Shown here: positions 8,311 through 15,910 of the stretch, one piece after another
Layout: the number at the start of each line of letters is the position of its first letter
Numbering within the stretch: position 1 is the first letter of the stretch
The notes under the pieces: generated by a model
The model's database searches: none
The model's input: only the letters and a program-made list of their open reading frames with translations
What the model was told of the DNA's origin: nothing
Made by a program: the position numbers and the translations under genes
From: a virus
Lineage: Duplodnaviria; Caudoviricetes
Direction: 5' to 3' (one strand)
IMG/VR virus record: IMGVR_UViG_3300025296_000057
Coordinates: 1 to 35,443 of that record
Length of the DNA stretch: 35,443 nucleotides

Positions 8311-8469
8311 TCACATTCTAAAACTGAACTGATAAACTGATTTTTTTTCTTTACTCCGGTATCCACACTTCGGGCAGCGTTCAACAGTATCTTCAAAGGT
8401 ATCCTTTCGGACTTCAAAGGTTTCTACCTTGCAATCATCAACATTACATATATAGTCATACGAAGGCAT
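8311..8469 (-). CDS. FmdB-family zinc-ribbon protein, 52 aa
   Basis: Hand translation MPSYDYICNVDDC...FEVRK...CPKCG; TAATG coupling to the upstream gene. Confidence 0.85.
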   Translation of the reverse strand: MPSYDYICNVDDCKVETFEVRKDTFEDTVERCPKCGYRSKEKKSVYQFSFRM

Positions 8470-9746
8470 TAGTCTGGCTGCCTTTCAACTTCTGCCATAA
8501 GCACCTCTAAATTCCCCGTTACATCCCAGGTTGCTGAACGAACTGTACTTGATACTGTAAACGCTTTAGTTACAAGAGAACTATCCCCTCCAATTCGATT
8601 GAACTCAATAATTAGTTCTCCGATATCAAGTTTCTTCAGATCACAAGTGCCTCCGGATGATACTATATTTTCTAGTATTAGTTCGTTCACTTTTGTCTTA
8701 CTAGCTGTCTGACTATCTAGTGGCGAAATCCAGAGGCGATCATATGTTCCTCCATTAGTTTCAAGAAGGTCTGCACCAAACGTGCCTATAGAGTGCCTTA
8801 TGTTAGGTTGCGTGCTTGTAGCACTTTGATAAATAGACAATCCGTCTGCTTGATTATCTTTAATGGTTACTTTGTTTGCGTTTATATTTTCAAGGTTTAA
8901 AGTTTTACAACTGTTCCTAGAGAATGTTAGCTTGCCTACTTCTATTCTTGTTGCATTACCATCTATTAATATAGCCTCTGTTTTACCACTAGGTAGTGCA
9001 GATGGTTGACCATTACTTGCATAAGATGTTCCTAGGTTGACTGATGATATATTTAACTTATCTACAGGAGTTTCATTAAGAATTACCCTGAGCGTGTTGT
9101 CCGAAGGATTGTCCTTACGCCAAGCCATTTCTTTCTCCAGTTCTTCGCTTGGTAGGTTTTGTGGTGCAAGATATATACCAGCATCTCCATTAGCAAAACT
9201 TCTTTCTTGGATTACCTCTGCAACTACTAAAGTACCACCTGTTGCACCTCCAATTCCTAATATAGCTATGGCAAGTTGGGGATTCACGCCAAGACTTCTA
9301 AGAAGTGAATATGGGGATTTTAGTACGGTAAAGAACCTACGCCACTTAGCAGATTCTCCATTTAAATATTCTATCTTGTTGAAAAGCCAGTCCCTAAATA
9401 GTTTAAGTTCCTTATAAAAGGTAACGGGAGAATAAAGAATTGCCCTTGGGGAGGCTTTAATACCCTCATAGACGGCTTTTAGGCTCCTAATGTGTATCAC
9501 GTACCCAAAAACAATAAAGAACGATGATATTGCGATGCTTAACCAGTAGTATTCCTGGAAGTAAGCCAGGTACTCCATAACGCTAGAGTATGTAATGATT
9601 CCGAATGGAGTCTGTACTGGTGCCATTGCCCACCATAAGTTAACAGGGTTTACTAGAGTGATACTAAGGCCAATAGCTCCTGCGATTACTATAACGAATG
9701 TAATTACGTATAAGAAGGCATCCAGTATTTTATATAATCTTTTCAT
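8469..9746 (-). CDS. Membrane protein with C-terminal beta-solenoid-like domain
   Basis: Hydrophobic segments at about aa 10-33, 66-86 and 158-177, then repeated short beta-strand patterns (KTLNLENINANKVTIKDN, NELILENIVS). Confidence 0.7.
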   Translation of the reverse strand: MKRLYKILDAFLYVITFVIVIAGAIGLSITLVNPVNLWWAMAPVQTPFGIITYSSVMEYLAYFQEYYWLSIAISSFFIVFGYVIHIRSLKAVYEGIKASPRAILYSPVTFYKELKLFRDWLFNKIEYLNGESAKWRRFFTVLKSPYSLLRSLGVNPQLAIAILGIGGATGGTLVVAEVIQERSFANGDAGIYLAPQNLPSEELEKEMAWRKDNPSDNTLRVILNETPVDKLNISSVNLGTSYASNGQPSALPSGKTEAILIDGNATRIEVGKLTFSRNSCKTLNLENINANKVTIKDNQADGLSIYQSATSTQPNIRHSIGTFGADLLETNGGTYDRLWISPLDSQTASKTKVNELILENIVSSGGTCDLKKLDIGELIIEFNRIGGDSSLVTKAFTVSSTVRSATWDVTGNLEVLMAEVERQPD

Positions 9747-9847
9747 CTACTGTAGACTTCTCCTAAAGTTATTATCGCAGCCAACGTAATCGCCAACAAG
9801 CCTGTTATAACAAGGACTCTACCATTAGTTTTCCTTGTTTTTTTCAT
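9743..9847 (-). CDS. 34 aa single-TM peptide
   Basis: Hand translation MKKTRKTNGRVLVITGLLAITLAAIITLGEVYSR; ATGA overlap with the next gene. Confidence 0.65.
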   Translation of the reverse strand: MKKTRKTNGRVLVITGLLAITLAAIITLGEVYSR

Positions 9848-10058
9848 TCTTAAAAGAAGCTTGATACCTCGTAGCTCGAGCATTTAGGCTGTTAACGTAG
9901 TTCATTAAAGAAGCTTTAGGGACTAGTCGTTTTTTACCATCTAATATTGATGTTAGCTTGTTTGCTTTCAGAAGCTTATAAATTTCGGATCGACTGACCC
10001 CTAAGACATCAGCTACTTGCTGTGGTCTAAAGAAAAATTGTTCTAGTGTTGCTGTCAT
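9825..10058 (-). CDS. Second excisionase-like (HTH_17) protein
   Basis: RPQQVADVLGVSRSEIYKLLKANKL...GKKRLVP; AAGGA RBS. Confidence 0.88.
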   Translation of the reverse strand: MTATLEQFFFRPQQVADVLGVSRSEIYKLLKANKLTSILDGKKRLVPKASLMNYVNSLNARATRYQASFKNEKNKEN

Positions 10059-10075
10059 AATATATCCTTTTTAGT

Positions 10076-10150
10076 TACAACTTAGTTGTACAGTTTGTAT
10101 TATAGTATAAAACAAATTTATCATAGATCGACAACATAGGACAACATAGG
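10076..10150 (-). promoter_or_regulatory. Promoter/operator region of the second Xis-like gene
   Basis: TATAAT (10099-10104, minus), inverted repeat TACAAC-TTA-GTTGTA (10076-10090), tandem ACAACATAGG x2 (10131-10150). Confidence 0.6.
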
Positions 10151-10153
10151 TTA

Positions 10154-10600
10154 TCAATCGTAATTGCCATATTGTCTACGCTCTCCCGAAGGCAGTACAC
10201 CTGAAAGTTCCAGTTGCCTGAGTACATCTGCGAATCCTGAATGGTCTGACATTATTGAACGCATCTCATTTTCTATTACTCTTTGAGTGCCTTCTATTTC
10301 GGAAAGCCTGTCATCAAAGTCATCTAGCTTTTCGTCTAGTTTCTCCATCTTAGGTGACCATTCCTCCATCATCCACATTATCTTGGTTTCCATCTCTGTG
10401 TCTTTGGTTTCAAGAGGAGTAGTGTCGGGCATCTGTATAGAGCTTACCTGTGCTTTAAGTTCCTCAATTTCTAGTTTGGTACTCTCTACTGACATCTGAA
10501 GTGATAACACCCAAGAGATAGAACCTACTACGAAGGTTCCTACTGCTACTACAAGACCAATAGTCAGCTTATACTTATTTTTTCCAATCTGTATATCCAT
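10154..10600 (-). CDS. N-terminal TM plus coiled-coil protein
   Basis: Hydrophobic aa 11-34 followed by heptad-rich acidic helices. Confidence 0.75.
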   Translation of the reverse strand: MDIQIGKNKYKLTIGLVVAVGTFVVGSISWVLSLQMSVESTKLEIEELKAQVSSIQMPDTTPLETKDTEMETKIMWMMEEWSPKMEKLDEKLDDFDDRLSEIEGTQRVIENEMRSIMSDHSGFADVLRQLELSGVLPSGERRQYGNYD

Positions 10601-10606
10601 TATTTT

Positions 10607-10765
10607 TTACCAAAATTTTAATTTTGTTAGTTGTTTATCAGTTAGCCACAGACAACTTTGACACACTAAGTATCTATCTGAAAACTGATACTTCTTTTTC
10701 TTTATCCTGTAGTCTTTTTTTGTTGCCTCTGCTTCTTTACAGAAGTCGCATTTAATCTCACTCAT
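10607..10765 (-). CDS. 52 aa Zn-finger microprotein
   Basis: Hand translation MSEIKCDFC...YLVCQSC...; TAATG coupling. Confidence 0.7.
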   Translation of the reverse strand: MSEIKCDFCKEAEATKKDYRIKKKKYQFSDRYLVCQSCLWLTDKQLTKLKFW

Positions 10766-10854
10766 TATTTAGATAATATTGCTACTAACCACATTGCTAG
10801 TATAGAAACAATTACGATTATAATCCCTATTCTAGATTTCCACTTGTCACTCAT
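10765..10854 (-). CDS. 29 aa single-TM peptide
   Basis: MSDKWKSRIGIIIVIVSILAMWLVAILSK; overlaps both neighbours. Confidence 0.65.
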   Translation of the reverse strand: MSDKWKSRIGIIIVIVSILAMWLVAILSK

Positions 10855-11020
10855 TCTCAAGTACCTTTAATGATACACCACCCAAAAATCCAAATATTCC
10901 ACCGATTACTGCTGTAATTATTTCCGTTGCTTCCATTTGCCAACCTATCCATATAGCGACAATGCTGAAGAAAGTTGCACAGAGAATAGCTGTAAGGATC
11001 TGAGGCCTGAGCTTCCCCAC
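10847..11020 (-). CDS. 57 aa two-TM holin-like protein
   Basis: GTG start; MGKLRPQILTAILCATFFSIVAIWIGWQMEATEIITAVIGGIFGFLGGVSLKVLENE, two TM helices with GxxxG motifs. Confidence 0.65.
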   Translation of the reverse strand: MGKLRPQILTAILCATFFSIVAIWIGWQMEATEIITAVIGGIFGFLGGVSLKVLENE

Positions 11021-11241
11021 TATTTCTTACTGCCACCTAATATACCTAGGTACTTTTTCCCACCTAGTTCAGTCCACTCAGGTACAGTAATTTTGTCATC
11101 CCTGGTTATATCTTCAAATTTTTTAGCTATCCTGATTAATTCTTCTTTAGAATTTACGTTATCCAGAACCTTTATAAAAAACTTAATTATGTTTTTATAT
11201 GGTTGTGGAATCAACGGCATTAAAGATGTAAATAATTTCAT
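11020..11241 (-). CDS. Hypothetical protein
   Basis: 73 aa, AAGGAG RBS, coupled to neighbours. Confidence 0.75.
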   Translation of the reverse strand: MKLFTSLMPLIPQPYKNIIKFFIKVLDNVNSKEELIRIAKKFEDITRDDKITVPEWTELGGKKYLGILGGSKK

Positions 11242-11339
11242 TACCGTTTTCTCCTTTTAGCAGCTTTATAAGCTGCCTTTCCTTTTTTGGTATAAGGATA
11301 TTTTTTAGTCTTACCTTTCTTAGTTTTTAGTTTTGGCAT
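11241..11339 (-). CDS. 32 aa highly basic peptide
   Basis: MPKLKTKKGKTKKYPYTKKGKAAYKAAKRRKR; AAGGAG RBS; TAATG coupling. Confidence 0.75.
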   Translation of the reverse strand: MPKLKTKKGKTKKYPYTKKGKAAYKAAKRRKR

Positions 11340-11526
11340 TTTTTTTCTCCTTTTTACAGCCACAAGTAGCCAGTTGTTGTTTTATTGTTTGCAGTTCATC
11401 GTATAACGATTCCACAATGCACTTTAATTTAAATGTCTGGTCTGTATCCATAACTTTCTTAATGGCAGATTCAGTTATCACTATCTCAGGTGCCTGTGGT
11501 TGAGCTGTTGAGTTATTTGTTGTCAT
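11320..11526 (-). CDS. Small coiled-coil protein
   Basis: 68 aa, AAGGAGG RBS. Confidence 0.75.
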   Translation of the reverse strand: MTTNNSTAQPQAPEIVITESAIKKVMDTDQTFKLKCIVESLYDELQTIKQQLATCGCKKEKKNAKTKN

Positions 11527-11538
11527 ATTTTCTCCTCC

Positions 11539-11871
11539 TTATATTTCAACTTCTAATACTTCAGGATAGGGATCTCCCGTTGCATCTCTTATAGATTGCC
11601 TAGATGAGTTTATTTGGGCAACTACATCTGTTAGTATCTCCCACTCGGTATCGTAAGTAAAACAATTACCCCAAAAGCTAGTTGGAGCAGTTACATCATC
11701 AACTCTGTCGTGTGTTGATGTATTGCAATTAGCGTCTACATAACTTGAAGCACCATTATTTAAAGTATAGGTACATTGATTTGAATCAAAAGTTATATTG
11801 TTTATATCGACAAGATTCGTAAAACAATAAGTTACGACATTATCAGATTTTCTTTTAAATATTGTTGCCAT
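11539..11871 (-). CDS. Putative tail fibre assembly/accessory protein
   Basis: Directly follows the fibre genes; VTAPTSFWGNCFTYDTEW resembles Tfa-like accessory motifs. Confidence 0.5.
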   Translation of the reverse strand: MATIFKRKSDNVVTYCFTNLVDINNITFDSNQCTYTLNNGASSYVDANCNTSTHDRVDDVTAPTSFWGNCFTYDTEWEILTDVVAQINSSRQSIRDATGDPYPEVLEVEI

Positions 11872-13206
11872 TTAAGTTCCCGGCTCCAAACCTTTAGCTC
11901 TTAAATCATCACCATCATTGCTTATATCTAAGCTATAACAAAATAATTCTCCTCCAACAAATGATGTGGCGTTTACTCCGTCTAGTCCACAGTTCATACA
12001 ATGTGCAGTAACGATGCTACCCTCTATAGTTGTGCTTCCTGTTGAACTGTCGTGAGTATAACTTCCACTTGTTGAATCAGGTGTACCTGAGTGTGCGAAT
12101 GTGTGTATGTCAAATTCCAGAGTACCACTACCTGATGCGTTGCTATGTCCAATAGCCATAAGTTTATTCCTCGACTGACTATAAAGAATTGCCCGACAGG
12201 CTGCTGTTGTTGCTTCAGGATCGTGTGCTTGGGAAGTCGCACACCAAGTAACAGTAGTTCCCGAAACTGTAAAATAGACTATTTTATACCCTGCCGAATC
12301 GTCACTTATGTAAACGTGATGTGTATTGTTCGTAGTATCATAGACTGCCCAAGTTCCCTGATTCTGTCCACCTCCAGCAGGTCCAGAATTATTACCATAA
12401 GCTGCCTCCGTTCCTACTGCTATCGTTCTGTTTCCAGTGCCACTTAATGAAATAACCCTTGCTGCTATCTTCGTTCCATTGTCATAGATTGCCACTGTTT
12501 TTCCGATATCAGGGTCGTAAGTTAATTGAAATCTCTCTACAACTGCATCTGTAAACTCTTGCCCAGTTCCTACTGTTATGGAATCGTCTGCTGTATCTAT
12601 GGTGCAGGCAAAGACATAATTTGGATCTCCTGAAGTATCTCCCTTCTCAATAGCCACAATAGCAACGTTTGATGTTGGATTGTAACTGCATATATCAGTA
12701 GCATCTCCTTGGTTTTCAACGCCACTACCACCAGCATCCACTACAGTATGCCCACCACTTGCAAAAGTGACAGTCTTAGTACCCATAGTTCCACCGATTA
12801 TTCGATAGTCGTTATCGTTATTCGTAGTATGATAGGCTACCATCAACCTGTTATCGGAAGTATTGTATACTGCTCCCGTATGATATGTTTCCCCTGAATT
12901 ACTAAAGACAACTGCTGTGCCTAAACTTTTATCTGATGCCATCACTCTGACAGTTCCATAATCGCTATTGTTATTATCTCCATAAGCAAAAATTATTTGA
13001 TTATTATCTTCGTCATAAGCCTGTGATAATCCCCAATGCCTTGTGGAGTTTCCACTAACATCGGTTGAGAGTGTGTTAACTGCTAAATCAACTGTGCCAG
13101 TAAACTCTAAAGTGTTTATCTTTTCTATATTCGCATCAGTAAGAGTATTAACCTTTTCAATACTTGTTATAGATATAGTGTTTAGTTTATCAACCTGATT
13201 AGCCAC
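11872..13206 (-). CDS. Tail-associated beta-propeller-like (receptor-binding) protein
   Basis: N-terminal I-x-K-[VI]-N repeats; recurring blade-like motifs YDEDNNQIIFAY, YNTSDNRLMVAY, YDPDIGKTVAIY. Confidence 0.65.
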   Translation of the reverse strand: MANQVDKLNTISITSIEKVNTLTDANIEKINTLEFTGTVDLAVNTLSTDVSGNSTRHWGLSQAYDEDNNQIIFAYGDNNNSDYGTVRVMASDKSLGTAVVFSNSGETYHTGAVYNTSDNRLMVAYHTTNNDNDYRIIGGTMGTKTVTFASGGHTVVDAGGSGVENQGDATDICSYNPTSNVAIVAIEKGDTSGDPNYVFACTIDTADDSITVGTGQEFTDAVVERFQLTYDPDIGKTVAIYDNGTKIAARVISLSGTGNRTIAVGTEAAYGNNSGPAGGGQNQGTWAVYDTTNNTHHVYISDDSAGYKIVYFTVSGTTVTWCATSQAHDPEATTAACRAILYSQSRNKLMAIGHSNASGSGTLEFDIHTFAHSGTPDSTSGSYTHDSSTGSTTIEGSIVTAHCMNCGLDGVNATSFVGGELFCYSLDISNDGDDLRAKGLEPGT

Positions 13207-15476
13207 TATGCCCTCTCTATTATGTCTAAGCTAGGATTAATAAATACATCTCTAGGTCCACAAGCTATACCCATTACCTGTACGAAATCTCCGTCTGCAT
13301 CAGGTATAGTTGCTGTAACAGCACCTGTTGTTTCTCCTAAGTACATAGTTGCAGCTTCAGTTAAATCTCCACCAAATCCGTCTGAATCATTATAAATTCC
13401 GTGTGTCAATACTTTTACTGCATTACCTGCAGAGCCTGTTGCTGTTACAGCTACACCAATAGCAGGCATAGTTGATAAAGCATTGGCATCTGCTACGCCA
13501 ATCCTGCCATCAGTAGTATGAATATAAACAGCATTTCCTATTGCTATAGCTTCATTTGATATAAATCCAAGAACAATACCAGTATAAGTATCGTTAGCAA
13601 GTGCCGAAGCACCTAGTGAATCTATTGTCATAGGAGTACCAGATAAAGTACCACCAGTAGTTCCATCGTGAGTTAAGCTCACATCACTACCTATACCTAA
13701 GTTAAGTACAGCAGCATCTGTAATCAGCGTAACGTCATCTCCGAATATTGCATCTAGTGCTACGCTTAATCCACCATCCGTTTGAAGTGAACCATCTGTA
13801 GTTGAAGTTGCATTAGTAGTATCATCTGTTTTTAATACTCCTGAGAACGTACCTGTAGAAGCATCTAATGCACCTGTATCTAATGTCGAACTGCCATTAT
13901 CTATGTTTCCAAATCCAGATGTAATTGAACCAGAATCTAAGGCTCCAGTAGTTACAATACTTGAACTACCTGCTGCTGCTCCTGCTCCTATATCAGATAA
14001 AACTTCTGATGCACTTCTACCCTCAACTGTTGTTCCATCAATTCTAAGAAAGTCATCATCCACTACGCCTGAACCAAACTGTGCTGTATCGTGTTGTGAT
14101 ATACCTTTGGCTATTTGCAATTTGTTACTTGATATTTCTAAACCAGGGTTAGTACCTAAATCTACTGCCATTACAGCACTTGATGCTGATAATCCATCTC
14201 CTGCGTGTAATGTAGCAAGAGCATCTACTGTTGTAAGTTGTTCATTTGCACCATCACTATCAACAGTTGCAAGACCATCACCTGATGCTGGTGTTACTGC
14301 ACTTAATTCTGATAAGTCTAAAGTTAAAGTGACACCACCAGAACTACCACCACCACTAAGTCCTACTCCTGCTGTTACACCTGTAATATCACCTGCTCCA
14401 ACTGCTGTAATAATCTGTGATACATTTACATATTTTGTTGTACCACCATCATCAACTAACATTTTGTCGTCAGTTGCAACTGTGATTGAAGTTCCATCTG
14501 TGGCTCCATCAACCTGGACTGCTGCTGCTGATACCTTGTCTGCTGTTGAAATAGTTGCTAATTTAGAATCTGCTATGGCAGCACTCGCATTAATATCTGC
14601 ATTTACGATTATTGCTCCATTAAATGCAAATACTCCTGCATTAGTAAGGGTTATGTCCCCACTAGGAACTACAGGATTAAAATTGGTTCCGTCTGCTACA
14701 AGTATCGCTGTATTAGTATTTGTACCCATTACTAGATCATCACCGGTAATCGTAAGATCACCTGCTATAGCTACGCTTGATCCAGTAAATGTAAGAGCAG
14801 TAGTAGTTCCTGATTTAATTATTAAATTACCACTATTGTTAGTAGCACTACCAAATGTGGTACCAGCATCTTTGAAAAATACATCTCCACCATCAGCGTC
14901 TAGTGTTAAATCTCCTGATACGTCTAGTGTCATATCAGTTACTCCTGCTGTAGAAGAATTAATTGTAAATACATCTGTTAAAGTTCCAGATACCATTACA
15001 CCAAATCTAAGCTCTCCATCTTCTTCAGTATCTGTAACATCATTAGCTTCGGCAGTTATCCTGGCAAACTCGGTTTCGTTGCCACCAGAATCATCCATCT
15101 TAAATGATATATATATTTCATCATTATCAGCTCTTGTAGAATTATCACCAACAAGCTCTAACACCATATTTGATGCGCTGTTAGTTGCATTTTCCACTCT
15201 TAGGGGTGGAGTGCCTGCTGCTGTATCAGACCTTACCCATATATGCTCTACTTGAACGTGGTCTGCGTGCTTTAAATATCTTATAGATGAACCAGATTGT
15301 ATTTTTACATCTACGTTTTTACCTGTTAGGCCTGAAGTAAACTGCCAGGCTCCATTGGCATCGGTGCTATCTGTAGATCCAATAGTGGTTGTAGTGCCGG
15401 CTTCTAGTGCTGTTACAGTAGCGCCTTCTACGGCAGTTCCTGCATCGTTGTATAAATATCCTTGTAATCGTGTCAT
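13206..15476 (-). CDS. Tail fibre protein
   Basis: Gly/Thr/Ala/Asp-rich, Ig-like N-terminus (GTAVEGATV...TDANGAWQF), ITGVTAGVGLSGGG and ALxxxGG-type fibre motifs. Confidence 0.85.
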   Translation of the reverse strand: MTRLQGYLYNDAGTAVEGATVTALEAGTTTTIGSTDSTDANGAWQFTSGLTGKNVDVKIQSGSSIRYLKHADHVQVEHIWVRSDTAAGTPPLRVENATNSASNMVLELVGDNSTRADNDEIYISFKMDDSGGNETEFARITAEANDVTDTEEDGELRFGVMVSGTLTDVFTINSSTAGVTDMTLDVSGDLTLDADGGDVFFKDAGTTFGSATNNSGNLIIKSGTTTALTFTGSSVAIAGDLTITGDDLVMGTNTNTAILVADGTNFNPVVPSGDITLTNAGVFAFNGAIIVNADINASAAIADSKLATISTADKVSAAAVQVDGATDGTSITVATDDKMLVDDGGTTKYVNVSQIITAVGAGDITGVTAGVGLSGGGSSGGVTLTLDLSELSAVTPASGDGLATVDSDGANEQLTTVDALATLHAGDGLSASSAVMAVDLGTNPGLEISSNKLQIAKGISQHDTAQFGSGVVDDDFLRIDGTTVEGRSASEVLSDIGAGAAAGSSSIVTTGALDSGSITSGFGNIDNGSSTLDTGALDASTGTFSGVLKTDDTTNATSTTDGSLQTDGGLSVALDAIFGDDVTLITDAAVLNLGIGSDVSLTHDGTTGGTLSGTPMTIDSLGASALANDTYTGIVLGFISNEAIAIGNAVYIHTTDGRIGVADANALSTMPAIGVAVTATGSAGNAVKVLTHGIYNDSDGFGGDLTEAATMYLGETTGAVTATIPDADGDFVQVMGIACGPRDVFINPSLDIIERA

Positions 15477-15477
15477 A

Positions 15478-15909
15478 TTATCTTCCTAAACTATATTTAG
15501 AATAATCTTTAAAATTAAGCGCCTCTCTTACATAAAATGTGGGATCGGCCATCACATCATCATCATCTAAGAATATAAGAGATATACCATCCCCTGCAAG
15601 TATCTCTCTGGCAAGTAAGTCATTTGCTATGTTTACGCTTCCCTGCTCATAGTGATAGTAAACTCCCTGTACATTTATAGCTAATCCAGGAGGATTAGAA
15701 AACAGAAAGTCGATAACCATACCTCCACGTTCTATTTTACCACCACCAAACCTAGTCTGAAATTGAAAATCCTGGTTAGGTTTTAAGCCAAATCTAAGTA
15801 ATTGGTTATAAACAACATATTCAGGCAAACTTCCTGCAAAGTCAGCAGGTTTCTCTGGTATTGACCTTCTTTGACCTTTAGCTGTAGTTGTAAATGCAGG
15901 TGTGACCAT
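15478..15909 (-). CDS. DUF559/Vsr-like endonuclease-fold protein
   Basis: SLPE...FQFQ...IDF...LAINVQGVYYH...ND...LAGDGISLIFL matches the DUF559 motif order. Confidence 0.7.
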   Translation of the reverse strand: MVTPAFTTTAKGQRRSIPEKPADFAGSLPEYVVYNQLLRFGLKPNQDFQFQTRFGGGKIERGGMVIDFLFSNPPGLAINVQGVYYHYEQGSVNIANDLLAREILAGDGISLIFLDDDDVMADPTFYVREALNFKDYSKYSLGR

Positions 15910-15910
15910 T

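Noticed and set aside
10154-10600. Calling the TM-coiled-coil protein an i-spanin
   Set aside because: No overlapping or adjacent lipobox o-spanin found, so it is left as an unassigned membrane protein
13903-15255. 450 aa + strand ORF
   Set aside because: Antisense shadow of the tail fibre gene; its composition follows from the Gly/Thr/Asp codons of the real gene and it has no RBS or motif
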